Assembly: GCA_905178155.1 (NCBI GenBank)
Contig: CAJINV010000024.1
Location: 414,715-478,714 of the forward strand
Direction of reading: 5' to 3'
Source of the DNA: Amoebophrya sp. A120
Lineage: Eukaryota; Protista; Dinoflagellata
DNA: 64,000 bases
Part shown: in pieces, positions 1 to 12,080 of the stretch
How the letters are laid out: each line of letters opens with the position of its first letter
Numbering within the stretch: position 1 is the first letter of the stretch
Notes under the pieces: generated by a model
Seen by the model: the letters and a program-made list of their open reading frames with translations, nothing else
What the model was told of the DNA's origin: nothing
Database searches by the model: none
Program-made: the position numbers and the translations under genes

Positions 1-1242
1 CCAGGAACAATGGCACAACGCTTTCAACTTTGCCGGTACCATGTCACCCCTGCACGTCTTCCGAAGAACGCACCGCATTGCTCGCGTCGCGAGCCGGTTC
101 GCCCCCGACGCGCAGAAAAACGACTGCTTTTCGCGGCTGAGAACGCCTGAAGAGTTCTCGTTTGCCTTCGTCACCAGCTTCTCGCAAGACTTGACGTCGC
201 TGCGGGCGGGGTTGGGCCCCTACAGCGGCATCACTGACATCGGCCTGACCAACCACTCGGCGGTCGGCAAAGACAGAGTTAGCATGAAGCGCAGAGGGTG
301 CCCGTTGGACCTTTTTCTGTTCGCGGACAGCCTAGACCACAGAAAGTGGTCCGGGACCAGTGATGAAGAAAACCGCAAGATACAGCTTCGCACGACCGTC
401 AACTATGCATTGCAAAAGCATTGCGCTAGTACAAATCGCCTGAGATGAAATTATTAATAATTGAATTTGTCATGCAGATTCAGATAAGGAAGTGTAGTTG
501 GTTCGTCATGCAAGACTTTTCCGATTTCTACGAGCACGAGAGCTTTGCACAGGATATCGCATACGATATCACGAAAGTACAACCCGCGGATCCGCTGCAG
601 GACAGATGGGGTGTCATTCTGCACATCGAGCGGCACGGCCCACCTGACCAGGACCAAGACGCGCCGAACGTGTTGCAGGAGCAGGCGACTACTCGGTACT
701 ACCTCGAAACGGAAGCGGAGGTGGATGAGTTTCTGGTAGAGTTGAATGCAATATGCAAGATCGGAGCGGAGGCTAGGGCGCAGGCGGTGAAGGATATTAT
801 CGCGCTTGGCACAGAGGCGATGACAGTGCCATACGAGCATGCGTTCACGCTATCTTCGGATAGAGGCCCGTACGTCCCGTTTGGATTGACGCATTTTCGG
901 ATCGAGGAGCTGGACAACATTGGCGAGGAGAACTCGGCTGCCAGCGAAGATGATCGCGTGGGGAACGAAGCTGCAGATGGTCTTGTCGAGGAGGAGTGCA
1001 ATAGCCAGCAAAATGAACCGCAGGACGAGGAAGGCAACAGCTCCGACCGGGGGACCGATGACCACAACTCTGCCGACAACATGATTGGCCTCGAGAAACT
1101 CGGATTCCCAACTTGGCTGGAGCTCATGAAGCTCACGTTTTCCCACCGATTCCAGCAGAGCCGCAGCGCCGAACCAGTTCCAGCCCGAGCTCCGATTCAA
1201 ATTTCCTGCAGCTTCGCTGTCCGGGGGTGGTCGGCGTCGTAA
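1..1242 (+). CDS. 3' part of a hypothetical protein gene, divergent paralog of the 2129-5991 gene; one introner (404-556)
   Basis: ORF 41-448 joins ORF 445-1242 in frame after removing 404-556 plus one DR (TTV|AYDITK). Shared motifs with the next gene: PLHVFRRTHRI/LLYPFRKVHRI and RWGVILHIE..TEAEVDEFLVELNAICKIG/RWTVTAQLE..TEAEANAFANDLQAFCRIG. Confidence 0.65.
404..556. mobile_element. short TIR introner
   Basis: TATGCATTGCAAA...TTTGCACAGGATA, DR TCAAC/TCGCA; removal restores frame. Confidence 0.65.
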
Positions 1243-2128
1243 CTGCCCCTTCTCCACGTGGCGAAGGGGATTGTCGCATCCTGCTGCGAAAGTGCTCGGA
1301 AGTGTTTCTTTCGTGGAAGTGTAAAATGATTGTTAAACGAAAACAGAGGGGAGAACGAAGTCTGAGTTTCGAAACAGCAGACACAAAAGCAATCGCTCTC
1401 TGCCACTTTCATGACTTCTAAATTCCTTTTATTGGGCGGGATGATCGATGTTGGACGGCAAGACTAAAAAAAGCTCCAAAGAACAAAAAAATCGCCAGTA
1501 TCTTGCTTCGAAACTACTCAAAAGTATATTTTTGTTTCGTGTAAGTGCAATCAAAATGATTCATATTGCGTTCGCTTCTCTAGAGTTGATTCTTCGCGCA
1601 GGAGCAGTTACGAAAAAGTTGCGTGTCTCGGCTGGGATTGAAGAAGAATGTCAAGGTGGAAGAACATATCGACCCATTTTTTCTTGTGGTTGTGTCGTGA
1701 TAATTGCATCGTCACCATGCAAAGGATCTTCAAATAGCTTATATAGAGGAGTTTTTCTAACGAGAGACACAAAATGTTCGAGATGAGATCGAGTTCTGAG
1801 TGCAATAAACACGCAGAAGGCCGACAGCCATATTTTTTCTTACAGCGCCCATACTTCTCCCCTTCACCGGCTACCCGCATTGAACAACCTACAACCACTT
1901 CATCGAGCGCACCCACCAAAATTTTTCTCGTGGAGTACTTTCTGCAACTGTAACTGACAAACAGAATTATAGCGGTCTTTTGCATAAGTGACACAAGAAT
2001 TGTGCCACCTCCACTAGCAACCAAATCGGCGACGATACTCGTGATGTGCGGTGCCTTCTAGTAATCCCCGCTTGATCACGAATGACCCAGATGAGGTGAG
2101 ACAAGGGAGCTGGCTCTTGAAGTGAAAC

Positions 2129-5100
2129 GTGCCCGAGCCTGTCTTTGACCTACCACACGCAGCAAACGAAAACGAAGCGAAATTTGGCGTCGGGAGGCGT
2201 CCACTGCACAGCATAGGTCCATCTTCGAACTGCAACGGATTACTTAATATCATGCGCTTCGACATGAACGATTACGATCCCTGGGAGGACGACCGCGTGC
2301 AGCATTTTGAACTAGATTCGCACGCGTTGATCTTACGCCAAGGGGACTTCGACCGATGGATCTTGCCCTTGCTTCAGCACGTAGAGGCCCTGCGGGCGAC
2401 GACTACTGCTTCCACGTCGAATCAAACCGGTGGCACCCAAGGTACTATGACTGTCGTGAAGATGATTGAAAGCTTAAGCATCTTGGTTCGTGATTTTTGA
2501 CGTCAGTTTGCTGATAATTTGAAAACGGAAACAACAGACCTGGTATTGAGAGTTGTGAGTTTGAGTTTCCTATCCAGAAATAAACTTTGCAGCACATGAT
2601 CACGCCGCACACAATCTGCCCTTCCGTAACTGGGACGAGCTAGTGGAACTTGGTTTCCAGGCAGAGGAGGCGAATAAGCGCAAGTGCGCCAGGGGTGCAC
2701 TACACACTCCGACTAAGTGCCAGGCTGTTGTTCTGCGCAAGGGCACGGTGGTTACAATCGCTGGCGAGGCAAAGCGCTTCGCACAACTGCTGGAACAAAA
2801 ACAAAAAGTAGTCGTGGAGCTGTTCAAAAAAGGACTTGGCTTACCCGGTCCAGTTGGAGGCACGATGCCCCCAACCACGAGCAGTTCTTTGACAGTCTCC
2901 GGCAGCGAATCAACAACGACGCCTGCCGGAGGTGCTGCGACAAAAGAAGAGGACCACTCCAGCCCGGGCACCTGTTGCGCGCAAGATAACCACGTGCAGC
3001 TCTTGCAGGACAGAATTATCCGGAAGATCTTTGCGGAAAACCCGCGTGTCGTCACGCGCGCGTTTGCGGCACTGCAAAAAAGTCCCGGCGCGGGATCACT
3101 ACTACACCTTCCGACGAGCAACTACTTTCCGACTCACACCGACCCGAACGGCGCAGCACCGTCCGAGGAGTACGTGGTTGTGGCCCTGCAGCGCGCCGAG
3201 GATGTCCGCGTCTACAGTAGGAGAATGATCCAGTATAAGCAAATCTGCGAAGGCCTTGTTTGGGCAAGGAAAGATGCACTGAAAGAGCTGCAATGCTTCG
3301 TCGAAGATCAGGAGGAGGAAACCGAAAAGTGCTTGAAAATGGTGGAGGATTACAATACGCAGAGCCATGTGCAGTCCTGGATCGCAGATTTTCTTCCGAG
3401 TCTCCATCTGGACTTCGAAATCAAAAACGCCGGCTTTAACACAATTTTGAAGCACAAGGTCGAATGCCTCCCAGGCGAACTTGTCAACCTGATCAAGCTA
3501 GAGTGTGTGGGTTGGGGTTATGAGTTCTCTGCGTTTCACCAAGTCAAGACCACGGTGCACAGCGCGTTGGGGCGAGACGTGTTGCTCCGGCTGCTGCAGT
3601 TCCAAAACGCCACGGGAAAAGCGCTGCTTGATGAGGTGCATCGAAGTTTGGAAAAGGACGGATTGCTCCAGCCACTCGACGGTGGCGCGCCGCAGCTGGA
3701 TGGCCGAGCGCATCCTTTCGTGCAGCAGAAGTCGGGGTTCACGATGGACTGTGTATCCAGGATCCTAGAAGGCGCGTCTTACAACATGCATCACGATGAA
3801 GCCGTTTCTGAGCAGATCCTACAGCATGCATCACCAGATGAAGAGCACGACTTCGTCGAGAGCGGGCGACCGTATCCAATACAGAACGCAGCGCTGTTGT
3901 CCGATCTCCGATGGAATCGCGATACTGTTCGACGAGAGGAAGCATGGCGCACAAACTTCTTGGATTCGAGTACTTGGACGACGGAGCAGAGGTTGAAGAG
4001 CAGCTCAGGCAAAACTGCGCAGCTCTTGTACCCCTTCAGAAAGGTGCACCGGATCCTTGGAACGCACACCCGGAATCCCAGCACCTACGACAAAGACGCG
4101 GCTGAGAAGAATCAGTCGCAAAGGGAACCGCAGTTCTGCTCGTTTGCCCTCGCGGCGGGCTTCCACACCAGAGTGGACGATGAGACGCCTGACCTCAATA
4201 GATATTTACAGCGGGCGGGAATCGTGAACATGGGCCTCTTCGAGAGGGAGAACGAATGTGAAGGCAGCGCGTTTAAGATCAAGGACTTGCCAATTGGGGA
4301 CGCAAGGAGGGAAGTGACGAGAAGAGGAAACCCAGATGGCCCCAGCTACTTGTATTGTTTTGTCGGTGAGTACTTACGCCGATGGACGGTTCTCATGCCG
4401 GAGTTTACCAAGTTCGCCTTCGCACTCACCTCGACAGTCCGCGGCCCAAAAGGGCCGGAGCGGAAGCGGGTTCCCGTCACGCGTCGACGCAAGGTAGCAG
4501 TCCCGGTGAAGGGGTGGAAGTGTGATCACAGCGCACTGGATGTGAACATGGGCTATCGTTTTCGCGGGGACTACTGGGACCCTTTCGACACCTTTACCTA
4601 CTATTCCCTCGCCGCGTGGACTCCCTACGAAGCACTATCTTTTGAAGAATCGGCTGCACTGTACTACTACCGAAAGGAATTTTCCCAGCAACGCGGCGTG
4701 CAGACGAGTCGCGGCAACGAAATAGCAACTGAGAATGAAGGGCTCACTGCCGGGAGCAGCATCTTTTCACAGCAAGAGCAGAGAACGGCTGATAACCCGA
4801 CCTTCCTGCCGACTTCTGACGAGAACAACATCGAGGCTGACATGAAAGTTGCCCTAGAGATCATGTGGAGGGGAGACCCACCATCTAAAAAGGAAAACTC
4901 TGCCGGGTCGGGCGGTTCTACGGGACAGCAACAGGTGGAGGAGCAACAGGGGGAGCAATTGGTGGGCATCACGAGTGCCGCGGAAAACGCCACGTCGAGC
5001 GAGCCTCGGTGGACAGTGACAGCACAGCTGGAACACCTCGTCGCGCCCGTCGAATCGCTATGAAGTGCAAATCTGTTTCCGCTGTCCCGGGAAATAGACA

Positions 5101-5991
5101 ATCATGTTTGTCATGCTCATGGTAATTTAGGCAGAGGGTCTGTGCTGCCACGGAGAAGGGTTCCGGAAGGCATGACAGATTTTGCCAGGGTCAGCAGCTT
5201 TACCATTTGACATGCGCAGTGAATCAATCGTCCTGTCTTCTTGCATCACGAGGTGGCAACCTTTTGGTTGGGATGAAATCAGCAATTCTTTCGGATCATG
5301 CATAGCAATTTTTTGTGCAGCTTCTCGTGAGCCGCCACAACCATGCATTCCTCCATGCAGACGAAGGCATATTTGCAATCCATAAAAGCTCCCGTCCTAT
5401 GATTTTTGCTTCGCTACAGAAGCGGAGGCCAACGCCTTCGCCAACGATCTGCAGGCTTTCTGCCGCATCGGGATGGACTGCACCAGCGTGAGAAATACGC
5501 AGGCCCAGCAGCTCTTCAGCGTGTTTGATTCGCAGCTAGGGAAAGAGCTCTGCAGCCCCATGATGGAGCACGTGTTCCCCTTCGGCCGCTACACCAGTGC
5601 GGTGACCGGAAAGAACTACGCCTACAAACCGTTTGACCGCATTATCCGCATGTGGCTCACTGATGACGACTTTTGTCCTGATGAGGCCACCGATTTGAAG
5701 AAAAGGAAACTGGAGAATGGTGGGAGTGAATTTCCAGAGACAAATATCGGCAATACAACCTGGTTCGACGTTGCGCGGACCGTGCTGTCGCGGCGGCTCG
5801 AAATCGAGAATAACGCGGACCTCCTCGCCCCTATTGAGATCCAGTGCTTTTTCGGCAACAAGACAATCGAAGAGCTCAGACGCGAAAAGAAGAAAGAGCA
5901 AGAGGAAGCTATGGCCTGCTCAGGCACTGCAGCAATCTCACCTACCAACATGAAACATAAAAGGGTGCATGTGCAGGCAGTGGCTCGCTAG
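2129..5991 (+). CDS. large hypothetical protein (~1100 aa), 3 exons; start uncertain
   Basis: GT-AG intron 2486-2660 (phase 0) joins ORF 2129 to the 806-aa ORF. Introner 5059-5384 joins that ORF in frame to ORF 5473-5991 (PVE|KLPSYDFCFATEAE...GMDCTS). Confidence 0.75.
5059..5384. mobile_element. TIR introner
   Basis: TATGAAGTGCAAAT...ATTTGCAATCCATA, DR ATCGC/AAAGC; the apparent TGA stop of the 806-aa ORF lies inside the TIR. Confidence 0.75.
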
Positions 5992-7683
5992 CACGAGTTT
6001 AGGTCATGTTACCTTGCTTCCACCGCCCAGTGTCTTGCATTTGCAAATGGTATAGAATATGTCCTACGGCTACTTCATAGTTTGGAGGGCGGATTAAGGC
6101 GGCGTAAGTGTGCGGAGCGTTCATACGATCTGACTGACTGGTCAAATTGTACTGCCTGAGCATTCCATATGCGACGAAAAGGAGGAGATACAAAAGATAT
6201 AAAGTACTCAAAGCTTTCGATGTGCGACCGAGCAGGATTTCGTCTCTTCGAGGTATAGGACTGCAGGGATTTTCTCCTCCTCCGAGCGAAATTGAATTTG
6301 CAAATTATTTCGGATGAGCTGAATCGGAAAAAAAAATTAATATATTTTCCAAACGCGCGGCATTTTCAAGTAATGTTGATGGCAAGGAAAAAGACAGAGT
6401 ATGGTCGCGGGCCAGACAAGGAGACCTTCACTTCTTTGTTGTACTACATTGAGCGCACTATCGGTATGGACTCCATATCGATGGTCACCAAAGAGTGCGA
6501 GAGGCGAAACGCGGTTTATTTTCTGCGAGAGAAAATTTCTGCGAGAGAAAAAGACGGAAGAACTTCGAGAGAAAACATGCGTGCAAATGTCGACAACGAC
6601 ATTCTCCCGATGATAATGGGTCCTTCGCAGCTACAGACTGAAAAACAATAAAACGCAGGCACTTCTTCTTCTAGCGACTCTGTATTTGTGGATGCTCGAC
6701 TTCTACACCGCTAAAATGAGGGGTTTTCGGGGATCATGCTAGAGCACCACATGACTCCGAAAAAAGAGCAGGCTTTCAAGACTTCGGTCCCCGCGTGAAG
6801 GCGTGAGCGGTTTTTGCTGCCACTCCTGCAAAGCCTCACGGTATGTTGTTTTTTTAAATTTTTCTTTCTACGATAGTTCACAATTCCCCCTCTCCCCCAT
6901 TTATCATGCGACTTCCCCCTCATTTGTCATGCTAAATCCACACTCCAGCTGCTGCCTTGAGGTTCTGTCAGCATGGCAAATTTCGGAGGCACGTCGAGCA
7001 GTACTATACTAAATCGGGCACGCTGATTTGTCATGCGCAGGCTCCTTCTGTGCTGGTGCTCGTATTGCTATGCATGCCATACGAATGAAGGACGAGGGGG
7101 GGGGGGGTTGTGCACTCTCCTACTTATGCACTCCTACAAGTAGTTGGAGATGAAGGAAGATACTACTAGCACGTAGATTTATGCATTGCAAATTTGTTAG
7201 GGTCTGGAAGACTGACAAATTGAAATTGTGATGCGGATTCTGGAATAGACAAAAATTTGTGTTGCATACTCAGCAAAAGATGTCACATTTCCTTCTTGAA
7301 AGTGCCTTTTACACGCTGGCTGCGCATGGAGAAGTTCGCCCAGAATTGGACAGGCTCGGCATGAAGATGCATTCCGCTTCCATCTTGCAAATGGAAAAAG
7401 AACCGCATGACAAGTTAGTACGATCCGCCTCCTTCCAGACCTCGACATGCTGTGTGCAACGGATTATAACGCCACACTCAGTTGTCTGCCCTCTCCTTCA
7501 CGGCACCGAACGTAGAAGATCAAAGACAATTTCGATGTACAACTTTATCTTTTTCTCCACCTACAGGTACCATCGATGCTGTTCCAGCCTTTCTTCCGCG
7601 ACGTGTACGGTTCCCATGCCAGTCGTTCTCGACGGAACGAAACACCTGGAAGCGCGATGGATTTCCAGGGAGGCGTTGTAGGC

Positions 7684-7916
7684 TATGGCGTTCTCAAATG
7701 TTACACTCTCAACTGTTTACATGAATTTGTGATGCAAGAATGTGAAAAGCAAAAGAAGGGAGCTTGCCCCTCTCCTCGCATTACAAATTTGGCGCAGCTT
7801 TTAATGCTGTTTAGCTCCTCGAAAATTTGTCATGCGAAGTAGGTTCGTCGTGTGGATGCTGGTGCGCATTATGCATGACTGTGGTAGTTGAGAATGTAAC
7901 GTTTGAGAGCTCCATA
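7684..7916. mobile_element. introner-type element, TATGG..TTCTCAA TIR family (second copy at ~18290-18522)
   Basis: TATGGCGTTCTCAAATGTTACACTCTCAACT...AGTTGAGAATGTAACGTTTGAGAGCTCCATA, DR TAGGC/TAGTC. Confidence 0.75.
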
Positions 7917-10557
7917 TAGTCTAGCGTGATGCAACGATGATTCTATCCCTGAAAGCGCCTCGGTCTATACGGAATCCAACAATGATACAAGGCAATTATC
8001 GATTTACTTTACAAGATACAATTATGATGAGATTGTTTATTATACAAGATACTTGACAAAAAGCGACAACAAGGAAACATTACAGCTGTATGAAATTGAC
8101 ACAGCAACAGAATTCCTTTACTCCTTCAGCCCCGATAGTAAACTCATTTAGTCGAAAGCTATGTCAATTCGAAATCTCCTGGGAGTACCGATATAGCGGA
8201 CGATTTTTTGAACATTGACGACATCACTTTTGCCCGCAATGAGAAACACGAAAGACAGCAAAAAGTGTAGAAGGAGAACAGTTTTTTAAGCCGAAAAAAA
8301 TTTCATCCAGGAAGAGACTCAGACTTCCGGAGGGGGCAACCGCTTATCCTGAAGCTTCTGTGCATGCTGCGTGCTTGAGCATTTTTCGTCTCGCGGCTCA
8401 GAAGTACTATGCTCAGAGGGGCACGGGCACGACGAAAAGGCAGCAATTGTGTTCGTAGCATACAAATTATTTGAGACAGCATTTCCAACATCGTCACAAC
8501 CTGGAGGTCGGACTCATCGTCACAAATCGCAGCCAGTTGCAAATGGTTATACGTATTTCATAGTGAAGATGTTGCTTTCACAAAAAATCTTCGCAACAAA
8601 TTTTGCTTTATTTTTCGGCTCAGTTCAAGTGCTTTTCGTTTTCCACACGACTAATTCATCTGTACATATAGACTCGTATAATTGTACTCCGCGTTCATAG
8701 TACGCTAAACAACTTGTTCGTCTCGAAGATCGACCAGTGTTGAGTGACAAAGAAATCTATTTCGACGAGAGGGTGATCGACGTGAAACGCTTTGTCTTCG
8801 TCACGCATCGAATGTCGTTGATCGTACTCGTAAGTAGCTGCTGGTTGTGAGTTTCGAATATTAGAAACGTCGCGCCTGCTTGATTTCTCATTGAGTGAAA
8901 CAGGAGAGGTGGAAGACGCTGTGTGGCTCTTAATCGAAGGAAGTATAAGAATTCGAACATCGAAAAAAGCCGGTTTTTTACAACAACGCGACCTACTTCG
9001 AACTTTCGAGATCAGAGCAAAAAGATAGTCTGACCCAGTTCGTCGTCAGTGCGTGTAAAAAGCGAAAAACGCCTCTCTGTCCTGACGCCACTTGTTTCGC
9101 ACCTGGAGAAGCAACAGGACCAAACAGCCAAGGAGTCGCAGGATTATGCAAGACAAATTTTACCTGAGTCCAAACTTTTGTAATATCATGTTAGCTTCAT
9201 AAAGATAAAACGCATGACAAACAAAGCATCAAAAGGTAATTTTCTATACCATCTTGCAGGCAAGAGTGCGTGACGAGTTTGGGACGCTCAAAATTTGTCA
9301 TGCATATCGCCCATCCGACACCATGCCGATTTCCTCCAAGACCTCGTCTATGCACTGCAAAAGCATCGTACTCGTAGTATTGCAATACAAAGTAGCTCAA
9401 CATGACAAATGGAATTTGTCATGCTGATTTAGCTTGAAAAAGAAATTTGTAATGCATAACTGCAATTAGTACGAGTGCGATACTTTTGCAGTTCATATCG
9501 TCTGAGTGCAAATGATATGACAGTGCACAACTCCCCCCCCCTCATTTGTATAGCATGATCAGCAACAGAATACAAGCGCCATCGGGCCTGGAGCCTGTGC
9601 ATGACAAATTTATGTACCGACTGTAGTACTGTTTGGGCTTTCGAGCAACGACATGCGTGCAAATGTCGACAACGACATCGTCGAGTACACTGCTTGCATC
9701 TACAGCATCACTCGGTTTGTTATTTCACTCATTTATCTTCTTCTTCTTCGTGCTTTTCATCTTCAGCTTGTTATTGTGAACAAGGAAATTTGTCGGAATT
9801 CGGAAAACGTCAGCGCTTGTCGCCGGTGCTGTTTATCATCTTGAAGTTCATATTTTTCGTAATCCGGTTGAGAATTTGAGAGCTTCTAGTAACGGTTCAA
9901 AAACAGCATTACAGATTCAGAAAAAGTTCAGAAGTGTCTTGCTGTCGCACCCTACCGCGACGCTCTTTGAGCGGTGCTTCTCATATCTATGTATTTCCCT
10001 GTTGTTGAAGAAGAGATTTTTATTTTTATATTTCCACAAAAGAAAACTAACCTTTGCCACGACCTGGGGCGGTCGGTGCTGTGCGTAAAAACGTAAAATG
10101 TGCGACGGTTTGCCGGTACAGCAATACAAATTTTGTGCGTGTCATCTTCTTCATCGTCTTCACGTTCTTTGTCCTTCAGCGCGTTTTCTTTCTTTCAGCG
10201 AAACGAAAAACCATCGGTGGACAAAACTTGCATGTACAGCTTTTTTCACAGAGAGATCGCGAAGAGCAACATCATCGGATCGTGAAGAACAGCACTATAA
10301 CTTCATTTTCAAAATGTCGGTCGCCAGAGAACGGAAGTAGAAATATAAGTAAGCGCAATTCTAAAAACAAATATCTTTGTGCCAGCACCAGAGCCATCTC
10401 GTCTTCATCATCATTATCATCTTCTTTCTTTTTCTCCTCGGGCGGGTTTGCCAATCGTTCGGTTCAAAATTCGGTGTAGTAACTGTGCTGTACTGAAGTT
10501 AGTGTTTGCAAAACCCCTTCTGTATCTCGTGAAGTTGATCTTTCAGTCGCAGAATAC

Positions 10558-11412
10558 CTAAGGCGGTGGTGAGATCGGCAGGTGGTCGAGGTTTCTCCGG
10601 AAGCAGGCCCGGATGTAACGCGCCCGATCCATCTGGTTGGCAGCCCACTGCTGTCCGTTGTTGTCGTTCTGCACTGCTGCGTTTTTCCGGTCGTCATGGA
10701 TGCGGCCGAGGATGGTGGTCAGACGCGCCAAAGATAGATTTTGGAGCTTCTCGGCGATGCTGTTGTTCCCCGCCGCGGCGAACTGTGTGTCGTTCCGCGC
10801 CTGTGGAGACAGAATCGAAAAAATCCATCCCTTCTGGTAGTCGTCGTCCACGTTCCCAGCGCCCCAGTGCACGTCAACGGTGTCAACCCGCTGCACGATA
10901 GGTGCGCCGTTGATACCCGCTGGGGGGGCAGGTTGTAAGTTTTGGTTCGCGGCGGGAGCGGGGGGTCCACCTGCACCACCGGCTCCTCCTCCACCAGCAA
11001 CTCCTGCACCGCCAGCACCTCCTCCACCAGCAGCTCCTGCACCACCCGCAATTCCTCCTCCGCCTCCGCCTCCGGCCGGCGGAATAGGTCCGAATCCTCC
11101 TGGCGGCGCGCCCGCACCTCCTCCGAATCCTCCTCCTAGTCCCGGCGGGGGGCCGGCCATGCCAACCGGATAAACCTGTTGCTGTTGCGGGTACACCTGT
11201 TGGTGCGGTTGGTTTGGGTACATCTGCTGCTGCTGATGCATCTGCTGCTGCTGATGCATCTGTTGCTGTTGGTACATCTGCTGCGGCTGGTAGTACTGGT
11301 GCGGGAATTGGTTTTGCTGTTGGATCATGCATAGCAATTTTTTGTGCAGCTTCTCGTGAGCCGCCACAACCATGCTTTCCTCCATGCAGACGAAGGCATA
11401 TTTGCAATCCAT
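10558..11412 (-). CDS. Gln/Pro/Gly-rich low-complexity ORF, chimeric fragment (copy 1)
   Basis: 284-aa ORF with QQQQMH repeats and a poly-Gly/Ala tract; the first ~30 codons are antisense introner sequence. Confidence 0.5.
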   Translation of the reverse strand: MDCKYAFVCMEESMVVAAHEKLHKKLLCMIQQQNQFPHQYYQPQQMYQQQQMHQQQQMHQQQQMYPNQPHQQVYPQQQQVYPVGMAGPPPGLGGGFGGGAGAPPGGFGPIPPAGGGGGGGIAGGAGAAGGGGAGGAGVAGGGGAGGAGGPPAPAANQNLQPAPPAGINGAPIVQRVDTVDVHWGAGNVDDDYQKGWIFSILSPQARNDTQFAAAGNNSIAEKLQNLSLARLTTILGRIHDDRKNAAVQNDNNGQQWAANQMDRARYIRACFRRNLDHLPISPPP

Positions 11413-11413
11413 A

Positions 11414-12080
11414 AAAGCTCCCGTCCTATGATTTTTGCTTCGCTACGGAAGCGGAGGCCAACGCCTTCGCCAGCGATCTGCAGGTTTTCTGCCGCATCGG
11501 GATGGACTGCACCAGCGTGAGAAATACGCAGGCCCAGCAGCTCTTCAGCGTGTTTGATTCGCAGCTAGGAAAAGAGCTCTGCAGCCCCATGATGGAGCAC
11601 GTGTTCCCCTTCGGCCGCTACACCAGCGCGGTGGACGGAGAAAACTACGCCTACAAACCGTTTGACCGCATTATCCGCATGTGGCTCACTGATGACGACT
11701 ATGAGGGCATCAATTTGAAGAAAAGGAAACTGGAGAACGGTGGGAGTGAATTTCCAGAGACGAATATCGGCGATACGGCAACCTGGCTCGACGTTGCGCG
11801 GACCGTGCTGTCGCGGCGGCTCGAAATCGAGAATAACGAGGACCTCCTCGCCCCTATTGAGATCCAGTGCTTTTTCGGCAACAAGACAATCGAAGAGCTC
11901 AGACGCGAAAAGAAGAAAGAGCAAGAGGAAGCTATGGCCTGCTCAGGCACTGCAGCAATCTCACCTACCAACATGAAATATAAAAGAGTGCATGTGCAGG
12001 CAGTGGCTCGCGAGCACGAGTTTAGTATAAATGTTATCTTGCTTCCACTGCCCAGTGTCTTGCGTTTGCAAATGTTATAG
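11414..12080 (+). pseudogene. duplicated last exon of the 2129-5991 gene (copy 1)
   Basis: near-identical to 5385-5991 but detached from the upstream exons; original stop lost. Confidence 0.7.

Noticed and set aside
2040-2128. In-frame TGA codons upstream of ORF 2129, suggesting stop-codon reassignment
   Set aside because: The 806-codon exon and the whole kinase contain no in-frame stops, so the standard code suffices.
6575-6602. Junction motif as a dinoflagellate spliced-leader relic or sequencing adapter
   Set aside because: Does not match DCCGTAGCCATTTTGGCTCAAG, and copies vary in sequence, unlike an adapter.
6292-6651. 119-aa ORF repeated four times
   Set aside because: TTG start, runs through the junction motif, broken in the 22931 copy, no recognisable domain; the repetition reflects the DNA duplication.
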